This document shows positions 19,892 through 29,555 of a stretch of 64,000 nucleotides of DNA, in pieces. Numbering within the stretch: position 1 is the first letter of the stretch; every line of letters starts with the position of its first letter. Source of the stretch: Bacteroidota bacterium (lineage in GTDB: Bacteria > Bacteroidota > Bacteroidia > Bacteroidales > Tannerellaceae). Under the pieces are notes generated by a model. It saw only the letters and a list, made by a program, of their open reading frames with translations, was not told the origin of the DNA and made no database searches. Made by a program: the position numbers and the translations under genes. The stretch spans positions 63,848 to 127,847 of the forward strand of contig JAEYVY010000022.1 in assembly GCA_023429375.1 (NCBI GenBank), read 5' to 3'.

Positions 19892-21085
19892 TTATTTAAA
19901 TAACATTGGGGTAAATTCCGTTAGATAGATTCGCCAGTTTTTCCAGATATGGCCTTCGTCTGTTTCACGATAGACATATTTATATCCTTTTTCGTCCAGC
20001 ATTTTTCTGTAATCTTCATTGTTCTTATAAAGGAAATCTGTCTTGCCGATAGCAATCCAGTAAAGTTTCGGATTCTTAGAGAACTGTACTTTAAGCTTTC
20101 CTTCCATATTTTGATAGATAGGAGACTGAGAGTCTTCACGTGGCATGATAGCTGCAGAGAATAGTCCTACATAGTCAAACATATCCGGGTATTGTTTAGA
20201 GATATGCAAGGAGTGGAATCCACCCATGGATAGACCGGCAATAGCGCGTGCTGATTTTTCTTTTTTTACTTTGAATGTGCTTTCAACGAATTTGATTACG
20301 TCAGGAAAGCTTGATTCGAATTCGCCATCCATTGTTTTAGGTAATTGCATAGTAGGTTTTAAGAGTCCTAGACTGGATTCTCCAGGAGCAGCTTCTTGGC
20401 TAGCATTACCATTAGTCATAACAACCAACATAGGTTCTGCTTTACCTTGTGCAATTAGGTTGTCAAGAATCTGTACGGTTCTTCCTAAGGTTACCCAAGC
20501 TTCTTCGTCACCTCCCATACCGTGCAACAGGTAAAGAACAGGGTAGGTGGAATTGCTTTTTTCATAACCGGCAGGTGTGTAAACAGTGATACGACGAGTC
20601 AAATCTAATGTTGGGCTTTCATACCAGTAACGGGCAACGGTTCCGTGAGGAACTTTGTTTACACTGAATAGGTCACCAATACCACCTTTAATAATAAAGA
20701 TGTTAGTCACTGAAGCCACATCGCGGTTCAAGAAAACATTGTTTGGGTCGATTACTTTCAAACCATCAACAATAAATGAATAACTATATAGCTCTGATGG
20801 CAGAGGATTAGGAGTTGTGAATTCCCAAACACCTTCGCTGTTTTTTGTCAGATCGGCTGTACCCGGTACGTCAAATTCACCATAAGGAGTTTGTGCTTTT
20901 TGTGTAGGCAGAAAATCACCTGTGATTTGTACTTTCCCTGCATCAGGCGCTAGAAAACGGAAAGTAACGGTATTGTTATCATGAATTTCCGGAGAGATAA
21001 TGTTTTGTCCTCCCCATAATGCCTGTTGAGCAAAACTCGGCAGACTTAATAAACATGTAAGAGTAAATAGTAGGAATGTTCTCAT
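19892..21085 (-). CDS. Secreted esterase (esterase D / putative-esterase family) with N-terminal Ig/CBM48-like domain
   Basis: Signal peptide, nucleophile elbow GLSMGG, HGMGGDE oxyanion region and C-terminal DEGH (His). Confidence 0.8.
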   Translation of the reverse strand: MRTFLLFTLTCLLSLPSFAQQALWGGQNIISPEIHDNNTVTFRFLAPDAGKVQITGDFLPTQKAQTPYGEFDVPGTADLTKNSEGVWEFTTPNPLPSELYSYSFIVDGLKVIDPNNVFLNRDVASVTNIFIIKGGIGDLFSVNKVPHGTVARYWYESPTLDLTRRITVYTPAGYEKSNSTYPVLYLLHGMGGDEEAWVTLGRTVQILDNLIAQGKAEPMLVVMTNGNASQEAAPGESSLGLLKPTMQLPKTMDGEFESSFPDVIKFVESTFKVKKEKSARAIAGLSMGGFHSLHISKQYPDMFDYVGLFSAAIMPREDSQSPIYQNMEGKLKVQFSKNPKLYWIAIGKTDFLYKNNEDYRKMLDEKGYKYVYRETDEGHIWKNWRIYLTEFTPMLFK

Positions 21086-21186
21086 AATAAATTTGTATTT
21101 AATAGTTTATAATCGGTTTGTTCAGAAACAATGTTTTTATGTTGTTAGCCCGGCTTTGTACATTGCTCCCAAAGCCGGATTGGACC

Positions 21187-22512
21187 TTAAGCGTTTGCTT
21201 CGAAAGCCTCCTTGATGAGGGCAACACAGGTGTCCATTTGTTCTTTTGTGTGATTGGATGACATGGAAAGTCTCAGGCGCGTACGTTTATTGGAAACGGC
21301 CGGATAGGTTACCACTCCTGTATATAGTCCTCTTTCGTGTATGTATTGCCCTATTTTACGAAGTTTGTGATCGGGGCCGACAATGACAGGTATGACTTGC
21401 GATTCGGTGTGTCCCGTGTCTAACCCGGCTTCTTTTAGCGCTTTTAAGGTATAGTGGGTGTTTTCCCAAAGTTTGTCTCGATAAGACTTGTCTTGTTCAT
21501 AAAGCTCCAGCACTTTGAGAATGCCTGCTGCTGTATGTGGCGCCATGGCGCATGAAAACACATAGGAACGGGCAAACATCCGGATGTAGCTGATAATCTT
21601 CATTTCGCCGGTGACAAAGCCTCCGATTGCCCCAAACGATTTGCTGAAGGTGCCGATGGTCAGATCTATTTCATCTTCCAGTCCGAAATGTTCGGCTACT
21701 CCGCGACCTTTTTCACCGAAGATTAGTGTGGCATGGGCTTCGTCTAAAAGGATACGGGCTCCATATTTTTTACAAACAGCAACGATTTCCGGCAGATTGA
21801 CTAAGTCTCCATCCATACTGTATATTCCCTCAATACAAACAAGGGCTCTATGTGGATTCTTAAGATTTTTCAATACAATTTCAAGGTGCTCGGCATTGTT
21901 GTGGCTGAATACTTTAATTTCTGCACCCGACAGTCTGGCCCCGTCATAAATTGATGCATGAGAAAGAATATCCATCACAGCGATATCGCCAGGCTTTAGT
22001 ATGCAGGATAAGACGCCTAAGTTAGCACCATAGCCTGTTGGAAATATAACGGTTGCTTCTTTGTTTTTGAATCGGGCAATCGATTCCTCCAACTGTTTGG
22101 ACAAATCGTAGTAACCACTCAATAAGGGAGCAGAAACTGCTCCTGTGCCGTATTTGGCAGCAGTATCTTGAAGCGCTTTGATTACTTCCGGATGGCAGGA
22201 ATAGCCAAGATAGTTGTATGAACAGAAATTGAGGAAGTCTCTATCCTTCTCTAAATAACGATCATATACCTGAAATTCAGAGCGAGGAGCTGTGCTGATG
22301 GGGTTGCCATAGACCATGTATTTCTTTGCTATAGCGTCTTGCATAAATGCCCAAAATGGTTCTTTCACATCAAAAAGATCGTCACTTTCATAGGCTGAAA
22401 AATCAGCTAAAGAGTAATCGTCACTGTTAACTTTGTTTATGTCCATGTCGTACTTAGTTATAATAAGATTCCTTAGCAGGAATTCATCGTGGTTTTGATG
22501 TGCAAGATACAA
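21187..22512 (-). CDS. PLP-dependent alpha-oxoamine synthase family acyltransferase (serine palmitoyltransferase / AONS / KBL-like)
   Basis: NFCSYNYLGY substrate loop, DEAH, and PLP-lysine motif GTFSKSFGAIGGF. The alternative start MDINKV (ATG 22446) gives about 419 aa. Confidence 0.85.
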   Translation of the reverse strand: MYLAHQNHDEFLLRNLIITKYDMDINKVNSDDYSLADFSAYESDDLFDVKEPFWAFMQDAIAKKYMVYGNPISTAPRSEFQVYDRYLEKDRDFLNFCSYNYLGYSCHPEVIKALQDTAAKYGTGAVSAPLLSGYYDLSKQLEESIARFKNKEATVIFPTGYGANLGVLSCILKPGDIAVMDILSHASIYDGARLSGAEIKVFSHNNAEHLEIVLKNLKNPHRALVCIEGIYSMDGDLVNLPEIVAVCKKYGARILLDEAHATLIFGEKGRGVAEHFGLEDEIDLTIGTFSKSFGAIGGFVTGEMKIISYIRMFARSYVFSCAMAPHTAAGILKVLELYEQDKSYRDKLWENTHYTLKALKEAGLDTGHTESQVIPVIVGPDHKLRKIGQYIHERGLYTGVVTYPAVSNKRTRLRLSMSSNHTKEQMDTCVALIKEAFEANA

Positions 22513-22539
22513 AGTTTCTCTGAATAATTAATTTACAAG

Positions 22540-22575
22540 CAAAAAAATAGGGTACCCTTGTAAGGATACCCTATT
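22540..22575 (-). terminator. Intrinsic terminator after rpsA
   Basis: ATAGGGTA...TACCCTAT stem with nested CCTT/AAGG, followed on the minus strand by TTTTTTTGC. Confidence 0.65.
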
Positions 22576-22595
22576 CTATATGGATTAAAAGTGGA

Positions 22596-24392
22596 TTATT
22601 TGTTTCCTTCCAACTTTTCTTTCAACGCAGCAAGTTCTTCGATGTCACCTAATGTAGTTTTTTCCATTTGACCGGAAACTACAGAAGTTTCTTCTTCTTT
22701 CTTAGTACGTTTAGCTGAAGCTTTCTTTTCTGCAACAACTTCTTTCTTAGCTGATTTTTGTTCATCTTCGAAGATACGGCTGTGAGAAAGGATGATGCGT
22801 TTTGCTTCTTTGTTGAATTCGATTACCTTGAACTCAAGTTTTTCATCAACAACAGCTTGTGAGCCATCTTCTTTTACCAAGTGCTTTGGAGTAGCGAAAC
22901 CTTCAACGCCATAAGGCAATGAGATTACTGCACCCTTGTCTAGTACTTCGATAATTGTTCCTTCGTGTACTGAGCCAACTGTGAAGATTGTTTCAAATAC
23001 ATCCCAAGGATTTTCTTCTAATTGTTTGTGGCCTAAGCTTAAGCGACGGTTTTCCTTGTCGATTTCCAATACTTGTACTTCGATTTCAGCACCGATTTGA
23101 GTGAATTCACTTGGGTGTTTGATTTTCTTAGTCCAAGAAAGGTCAGAGATGTGGATCAATCCGTCAACACCTTCTTCGATTTCTACGAATACACCGAAGT
23201 TAGTGAAGTTGCGTACTTTCGCTGTGTGTTGAGAACCAACTGGGTAACGAGTTTCGATATCTTCCCATGGATCAGCTTTTAATTGCTTGATACCAAGAGA
23301 CATCTTACGTTCGTCGCGGTCAAGTGTCAATACTACAGCTTCGATTTCGTCACCTACCTTCATGAAGTCTTGTGCACTGCGTAAGTGTTGAGTCCAAGAC
23401 ATTTCAGATACGTGGATCAAACCTTCAACTCCCGGAGCGATTTCGATGAACGCACCGTAGTCAGCCATAACCACTACTTTACCTTTAACTTTGTCGCCAA
23501 CTTTCAAGTCTGGATTCAAAGCATCCCATGGATGTGGAGTAAGTTGTTTCAAACCAAGAGCGATACGTTTCTTTTCGTCGTCGAAGTCAAGGATAACAAC
23601 GTTGATCTTTTGATCAAGCTGTACGATTTCTTCTGGATGAGAAACACGGCCCCATGAAAGGTCTGTGATGTGAATCAAGCCATCTACGCCACCCAAGTCG
23701 ATGAATACACCGTATGAAGTGATATTCTTAACTGTACCTTCAAGTACTTGTCCTTTTTCAAGTTTAGAGATGATGTCTTTCTTCTGTTGTTCAAGTTCAG
23801 CTTCGATAAGAGCTTTGTGAGAAACAACAACGTTCTTAAATTCTTGATTGATCTTAACAATCTTGAATTCCATTGTCTTACCAACGAATACATCGTAGTC
23901 GCGGATAGGCTTAACATCGATTTGTGAACCCGGAAGGAATGCTTCGATTCCGAATACATCAACGATCATACCGCCCTTAGTACGACATTTGATAAATCCT
24001 TTGATGATTTCGTCTTTTTCAAGTGCTTCGTTAACACGATCCCAAGAACGTGTAGCACGTGCTTTTTTGTGAGAAAGGATTAATTGTCCTTTTTTGTCTT
24101 CTTGGCTTTCGATGTAAACTTCTACTTCGTCACCAATTTTTAATTCCGGATTGTAACGGAATTCTGACATAGGCACAACGCCGTCAGATTTGAAACCGAT
24201 GTTCACTACTACTTCACGTTTGTTAAGTGCAGTCACGGTTCCCATAACCACTTCCTTATCCTTTACTGTGTTTAAGGTTTGGTCATACGTGTTAATAAGT
24301 TCTTCTTGACTCATGTCGCTGAAGACTTCTCCTTTTTCGTAGGAGTCCCAATTGAAATCTTCAATTGGAGCGATGTTTTTTAAATTTTCCAT
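22596..24392 (-). CDS. rpsA: 30S ribosomal protein S1
   Basis: Six S1 repeats (G.V..I...G.FV.L...G..G..H.S.. pattern recurs about every 85 aa). Strongly biased codon usage. Confidence 0.97.
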   Translation of the reverse strand: MENLKNIAPIEDFNWDSYEKGEVFSDMSQEELINTYDQTLNTVKDKEVVMGTVTALNKREVVVNIGFKSDGVVPMSEFRYNPELKIGDEVEVYIESQEDKKGQLILSHKKARATRSWDRVNEALEKDEIIKGFIKCRTKGGMIVDVFGIEAFLPGSQIDVKPIRDYDVFVGKTMEFKIVKINQEFKNVVVSHKALIEAELEQQKKDIISKLEKGQVLEGTVKNITSYGVFIDLGGVDGLIHITDLSWGRVSHPEEIVQLDQKINVVILDFDDEKKRIALGLKQLTPHPWDALNPDLKVGDKVKGKVVVMADYGAFIEIAPGVEGLIHVSEMSWTQHLRSAQDFMKVGDEIEAVVLTLDRDERKMSLGIKQLKADPWEDIETRYPVGSQHTAKVRNFTNFGVFVEIEEGVDGLIHISDLSWTKKIKHPSEFTQIGAEIEVQVLEIDKENRRLSLGHKQLEENPWDVFETIFTVGSVHEGTIIEVLDKGAVISLPYGVEGFATPKHLVKEDGSQAVVDEKLEFKVIEFNKEAKRIILSHSRIFEDEQKSAKKEVVAEKKASAKRTKKEEETSVVSGQMEKTTLGDIEELAALKEKLEGNK

Positions 24393-24469
24393 CTTTTAAA
24401 TTGTTAATACTATAGTTTAATTTTACTAATAAGTTAGACATTATGTTGTGTAATCTCTAAAAAGTGGTG

Positions 24470-24477
24470 CAAAGGTA
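24470..24477 (-). promoter_or_regulatory. -7-type promoter box TACCTTTG upstream of rpsA
   Basis: Exact TAnnTTTG match on the minus strand, 77 nt before the rpsA ATG. Confidence 0.45.
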
Positions 24478-24703
24478 TCTTTTTTTTCTGGATTACTAGT
24501 GTATTCATCCCGATTATTTTACACTTAACTGCGTTGTTTTGAGTGTTTTCCTACTTAACATGAGTTTGACCCTGTCTAATACTGTATAACGATTACTTTT
24601 CTTATGGTTAATAAATGTAAAATAAAGTCATATGCGTTAAACGTATTCATTTTTATAGCGTCTATTGAATTCAGTTGAAAAATATTTTTTACATAGACGT
24701 ATT

Positions 24704-27517
24704 ATGAAATTACATCGTTTCCTTTTAATAATGTGTTTGTTGATTTCTCCAATTTTCGTTTTTGCTCAACAAAGTAATCGGGTAGATATTACGGGGCAAA
24801 TAGTTGAAGAAGGAAATGAAACCCCAATCGAACAAGCCACTATTCGACTGCTGAGTATTAAAGACAGTACGATGATTGGTGGAGTTGTAAGTACGAAAAA
24901 CGGCTCTTTTAGATTGAAAAATATCAGGCCGGGGAATTATCTACTTCATGTTTCCTTTGTCGGTTTCGACCATTTGTACCAACCACTTGAGATTACAGGC
25001 AAGAAAAATCCGGTGAATGTAGGTAAGTTAGAGTTAAGTGATGGGGCAATTGCCTTGGGTGAAGCCGTAGTGGTCGGGAAAGCTCCCGAAGTGGTCGTAA
25101 AAAACGATACGGTTGAATATAACGCCGATTCATATAAAGTAAGTGAAGGTTCTATGCTGGAGGATCTATTGAAAAAGATGCCTGGTGTAGAAGTAAACTC
25201 GGAAGGAAAGGTAACGGTTAACGGCAAGGAAATTAAGAAAATTATGGTTGATGGTAAAGAATTTTTTACCAACGACCCGAAAGTGGCTTCCAAAAACCTG
25301 CCGGCAGAGATGGTTGAGAAAATCCAAGTGTATGACCGAAAGAGCGAAATGTCAATGATGACCGGATTTGATGACGGTGATGAAGAAGCAACTATCAACC
25401 TGACGGTCAAGCCAGGCATGAAACAAGGCTGGTTTGGAAATGCATTTGCCGGCTATGGTAGCAAAGACCGTTATGAAGGAAATGCCATGGTGAACCGCTT
25501 TATAAATAACGACCAGATAACATTCATGGGCGGGCTTAATAATACCAATAATATGGGCTTCTCGGACTTGGCATCAACCATGTTCTCAGGGATGGGAGGT
25601 GGCGGACGCCGATTTATGGGTGGCGGTGGTGCCGGTAATGGGATAACCTCTTCTGCAAATGCCGGGCTTAACTTCAGTAAAGAATTTAATTCAGCCTTGA
25701 CTTGGTCCGGAAATGCCCGTTATTCTCATTCAGACAACGATGCAGAAAGCAAGATGAGAAAGGAAAGCTTCCTGCCCGATGATAGTACCTTACTTGAATA
25801 TACAAAGAGAAGGAATAATCCGATAAGCGATAATGTGGGTGCCGAATTCCGTTTGGAATGGAAGCCAGACACGTTGACTACCCTTATTTTCCGTCCGGAA
25901 ATAGGATATAGCCGGAGTTCAGCCGTTGGCGATGAATTGACTGATGTAATGAGTAATGGTCTGGATACAGTTCGTCGCGTTAGCTCACAAAACAGATCAG
26001 AGGGTGAAGGATACAACTTGAACGCTCGCTTGGAATTCAGTCGTAAACTGAATTCTGAAGGTCGTGTGTTCAGTGCATCATTCTCAGGAGGATTAAGCGA
26101 TTCGTATTCGAATGAAGATTATTACTATGAAGAAAAGGTTGCACAAAGAAACGATAGTATCCTCGATCAGCGTATTAAATATGATAATGGCGGCTATAAC
26201 TACAGGGTATTTGCTTCTTGGGTTGAACCATTAGGAAGAAATAATTTCTTGCAGTTGACCTATAGCTTTAGCCAACGTCAACAAGAGTCATTCAAGAATT
26301 CGTATAATATAGATTATGAAACAGGTTTGTATGATAAACTGGATACGGCTTATAGCAAGAACTTCCGTAATGACTTTATCTCTCAACGTGCAGGGATCAG
26401 TTTCAAATCTCAACGTGCAAAATATAACTACACGATTGGATTCAATGTAGACCCATCGTATAGTAAGAGTGAGAACTTTGTAGGCTCGACCGTTCTTTCC
26501 AGCTTCTCGCGTAACGTGTTGAATTTTTCTCCTACTGCACAGTTTAATTATTTGTTTAGCAAGCAAACGAACTTACGTGTATGGTATAATGGTAGGACAA
26601 GTCAACCGAATATGACGCAGTTGCAACTTGTGCCCGATATTTCCAATCCGTTGAATACGATTATCGGTAATCCGGATTTGAAACCTACTTATACGAATAA
26701 TCTCTCTATCCGTTTCAATAGATTCATTCCCGAACAACAAACAGCTTTCTTAATTATGGCTAACGGAAACTATGTCATTAACGATATTGTTCAATCGTCA
26801 GTCTATAGTAAGGAAGAAGTAGGAAAACGAGAAACAACGTATAAGAACGTAAACGGCAATTATAATGGTAATATCCGTATGATTGTGAATACGCCGTTAA
26901 AGAATAAGAAGTTCTCCGTTAATTCAATGTCATTTGTTTCATTCAATAACTCAAATGGATTTACGAATGGACAAAAGAATAGGAACACCCAGCTTATTCT
27001 ATCAGAAAATGCCGGCATTGATTATCGTTCTTCTTTATTTGATTTAGGAATTAATGGAAGTATTTCGTATAACAAAACAGAAAATACGTTACAGGCAGAA
27101 CGCAATCTGAAAACGTTCAATTATAGAGGCGGGGCGAATACAACGATTTATTTGCCATATAACTTTAAATTGGAAAGTGATATCAATTACTCAACCAACT
27201 CGGGTTATGCCGATGGGTTTGAGCAGGAAGAATGGATGTGGAATGCTTCCCTTTCCAAGAACTTCTTAAAAGCTAATCAGGGAACCTTGCGATTTAAGAT
27301 TTATGACATTTTGCAACAACGCAGTAATATATCATATAGTGCAACGGCTGCGGCAACCACTTACTCTGAATACAATACGCTGAATAGTTACTTCATGGTG
27401 CACTTTATTTATAGATTCAGCATATTTAAAGGTGGTGCCTCCCGTTCAGATATGAGAGGGCCGGGCGGCAGAAGATTTGGTGGGCCTGGCGGTCCTCCTC
27501 CTGCTGTAAGATTCTAA
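24704..27517 (+). CDS. Outer-membrane beta-barrel protein, TonB-dependent-receptor-like (CarboxypepD_reg + plug + barrel)
   Basis: Signal peptide, then a CarboxypepD_reg-like ITGQIVEE...IRLLS...G.F.L.N..PG.Y domain. Plug motif is VEYNADSYKV...LEDLLKKMPGVEV. The barrel is long and Y/N/S-rich, and its last strand ends in F. Start moved to MKLHRFLL. Confidence 0.85.
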   Translation: MKLHRFLLIMCLLISPIFVFAQQSNRVDITGQIVEEGNETPIEQATIRLLSIKDSTMIGGVVSTKNGSFRLKNIRPGNYLLHVSFVGFDHLYQPLEITGKKNPVNVGKLELSDGAIALGEAVVVGKAPEVVVKNDTVEYNADSYKVSEGSMLEDLLKKMPGVEVNSEGKVTVNGKEIKKIMVDGKEFFTNDPKVASKNLPAEMVEKIQVYDRKSEMSMMTGFDDGDEEATINLTVKPGMKQGWFGNAFAGYGSKDRYEGNAMVNRFINNDQITFMGGLNNTNNMGFSDLASTMFSGMGGGGRRFMGGGGAGNGITSSANAGLNFSKEFNSALTWSGNARYSHSDNDAESKMRKESFLPDDSTLLEYTKRRNNPISDNVGAEFRLEWKPDTLTTLIFRPEIGYSRSSAVGDELTDVMSNGLDTVRRVSSQNRSEGEGYNLNARLEFSRKLNSEGRVFSASFSGGLSDSYSNEDYYYEEKVAQRNDSILDQRIKYDNGGYNYRVFASWVEPLGRNNFLQLTYSFSQRQQESFKNSYNIDYETGLYDKLDTAYSKNFRNDFISQRAGISFKSQRAKYNYTIGFNVDPSYSKSENFVGSTVLSSFSRNVLNFSPTAQFNYLFSKQTNLRVWYNGRTSQPNMTQLQLVPDISNPLNTIIGNPDLKPTYTNNLSIRFNRFIPEQQTAFLIMANGNYVINDIVQSSVYSKEEVGKRETTYKNVNGNYNGNIRMIVNTPLKNKKFSVNSMSFVSFNNSNGFTNGQKNRNTQLILSENAGIDYRSSLFDLGINGSISYNKTENTLQAERNLKTFNYRGGANTTIYLPYNFKLESDINYSTNSGYADGFEQEEWMWNASLSKNFLKANQGTLRFKIYDILQQRSNISYSATAAATTYSEYNTLNSYFMVHFIYRFSIFKGGASRSDMRGPGGRRFGGPGGPPPAVRF

Positions 27518-27543
27518 AATAGAACTAATAGGTTTATTTAAAT

Positions 27544-27598
27544 ACATTTCCTATCTTTATTAGCCTTTACGGATAGTATTGAAAGGAAATGTTTTTTT
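27544..27598 (+). terminator. Long-loop hairpin plus T7 tract after the barrel gene
   Basis: ACATTTCCT (27544-27552) pairs with AGGAAATGT (27584-27592) and has an inner CTATC/GATAG helix. It is followed by TTTTTTT running directly into the cls ATG. Confidence 0.55.
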
Positions 27599-29023
27599 AT
27601 GCTTATGCAAACTGTTTTAGGGACAATTCTCTTTATCTTGTATACTGTTACGATTCTGGGTTTGGTGCTTGTCATAATAACTGAGAATCGAAATCCTTTG
27701 AAGACGATTCCTTGGGTAATCGTATTATTGTTTATACCCGGAATAGGATTGTTGTTTTACTTTTTCTTCGGACAAGACAACCGAAAGCAGCGAATCATTT
27801 CAAGGAGAACTTATAAACGGATAAAGAAAAGGCCATTCCTAGGCGGTTATAAGAAAGATGTCTGTTTAGCTCCTGAGAAATATACTCCACTGATTGCTCT
27901 ACTTGAATCAAGCAATAGTGCGGCATTGCTATACGGTACAGATATCAAAATCTATACGAATGGAGAGGAGAAATTCCGTGATTTATTGGAAGCCATTGCC
28001 AATGCCGAACATCATATACATATTCAGTATTACATTTTTTGTGATGATGCCATTGGGACCAAGGTTAAAGATGCATTAATCGTCAAAGCGAAACAAGGGG
28101 TGCAAGTACGTGTCCTTTATGATGATGTGGGCTCGTGGAAGGTAAAGAATCAGTTTTATCAGGAGATGAAGGATGCCGGAATTCAGGTCTTCCCGTTTCT
28201 AAAAGTAGTCTTTCCTATTCTGACAAGTAAAGTGAATTATCGTAACCACCGTAAAATAGTAGTTGTTGACGGTAAAATCGGTTTTATTGGTGGGATGAAC
28301 ATCGCAGATCGATATGTAAAAGGAACTACCTGGGGGGTATGGCGAGACACACACTTCAGATTTACGGGCAAAGGTGTGCATGGATTACAATCCGTTTTTC
28401 TAATTGATTGGTATGTTGTAACCAAAGATCTGATTGATGCACCTGTATACTATCAAAAAGTAAAGGCCAATAGTAGTAATCTTATGCAGGTGGTAACGAG
28501 TGGACCTGTCGGTGTTTGGCGAACACTGTTGCAGGCAACGATCTATGCCATTGGTAATGCAAAGAAATGCGTTTATATTCAAACGCCCTATTTCCTGCCA
28601 ACAGAAGGGTTGAATCAAGTGTTGCAGACAGCTGCCTTGGCTGGTGTGGATGTAAGGCTCATGCTTCCGAATAAGTCTGATACGCACCTTGTGAATATGG
28701 CTAGCCATTCATTTATCGATGAGATGGAGAGGTCGGGCGTAAAAGTGTTCTTATATAAGCCGGGATTTTTGCATTCAAAGCTGATTCTCATCGACGACGA
28801 TCTGACCATCGTCGGTTCGGCCAATATGGACTTCCGCAGCTTCGAGCATAACTTTGAAGTAAACGCATTTATTTATGATCAAGACTTTGCATTGAAGATG
28901 AAAGAAGTCTTCTACAGAGATATGAAAGACAGTGAATTGTTAATACCTTCTGTCTGGCTGAAAAGACCTCTTAAGCAACGATTGACCGAATCGTTTATGC
29001 GTCTGTTCTCTCCTCTGTTCTAA
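27599..29023 (+). CDS. cls: Cardiolipin synthase
   Basis: Two N-terminal TM helices and two PLD HKD motifs (HRKIVVVDG and HSKLILIDD). Confidence 0.92.
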   Translation: MLMQTVLGTILFILYTVTILGLVLVIITENRNPLKTIPWVIVLLFIPGIGLLFYFFFGQDNRKQRIISRRTYKRIKKRPFLGGYKKDVCLAPEKYTPLIALLESSNSAALLYGTDIKIYTNGEEKFRDLLEAIANAEHHIHIQYYIFCDDAIGTKVKDALIVKAKQGVQVRVLYDDVGSWKVKNQFYQEMKDAGIQVFPFLKVVFPILTSKVNYRNHRKIVVVDGKIGFIGGMNIADRYVKGTTWGVWRDTHFRFTGKGVHGLQSVFLIDWYVVTKDLIDAPVYYQKVKANSSNLMQVVTSGPVGVWRTLLQATIYAIGNAKKCVYIQTPYFLPTEGLNQVLQTAALAGVDVRLMLPNKSDTHLVNMASHSFIDEMERSGVKVFLYKPGFLHSKLILIDDDLTIVGSANMDFRSFEHNFEVNAFIYDQDFALKMKEVFYRDMKDSELLIPSVWLKRPLKQRLTESFMRLFSPLF

Positions 29024-29555
29024 TGAAAATAGTGAAGTTTACTGAGCCGTATACACGCTTCTGAAAGAAGTAAGGTAGGGCTGAAAAGTCATACTCCTTG
29101 GGGTGTTCCATAATAAAGATACCCCCCTTGCGTAACAAGTTGCGGTTTATGACTAGCTGAGGGATCTCTTTTAAATCAGCTAAGGCATAAGGCGGATCAG
29201 CAAAGATAAGGTCGTACGATTCAGGCTTTGCTGTATTCAAAAAGCGGAAAGCGTCTCCACAGATCAGATTTAATGAATCTGTTTTCAGTTCTTTGGCCAC
29301 TTTCGAAATGAACGAAGCGTGGGCATTATTTTTCTCAACGGCCGTCACTTTGTCGCATCCTCGTGAAATCAATTCAAAGGCAATGCTTCCTGTTCCCGAG
29401 AAAAGGTCCAATGCATTTTCCATTTCCTCAAGTTCAATTAGATTTGCTAATACATTGAAAAGGTTTTCTTTTGCAAAGTCTGTTGTTGGACGAGCCCCAA
29501 AAGAAGAAGGGACTGTAAAACGACGACGTCCATATTTTCCGCTAATTATTCGCAT
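28995..29555 (-). CDS. rsmD: 16S rRNA (guanine966-N2)-methyltransferase
   Basis: MRIISGKYGRRRF...RPT start, SAM motif LDLFSGTGS and catalytic DPPY (FADPPY). The 3' end overlaps the cls 3' end by 29 nt. Confidence 0.9.
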   Translation of the reverse strand: MRIISGKYGRRRFTVPSSFGARPTTDFAKENLFNVLANLIELEEMENALDLFSGTGSIAFELISRGCDKVTAVEKNNAHASFISKVAKELKTDSLNLICGDAFRFLNTAKPESYDLIFADPPYALADLKEIPQLVINRNLLRKGGIFIMEHPKEYDFSALPYFFQKRVYGSVNFTIFIRTEERTDA

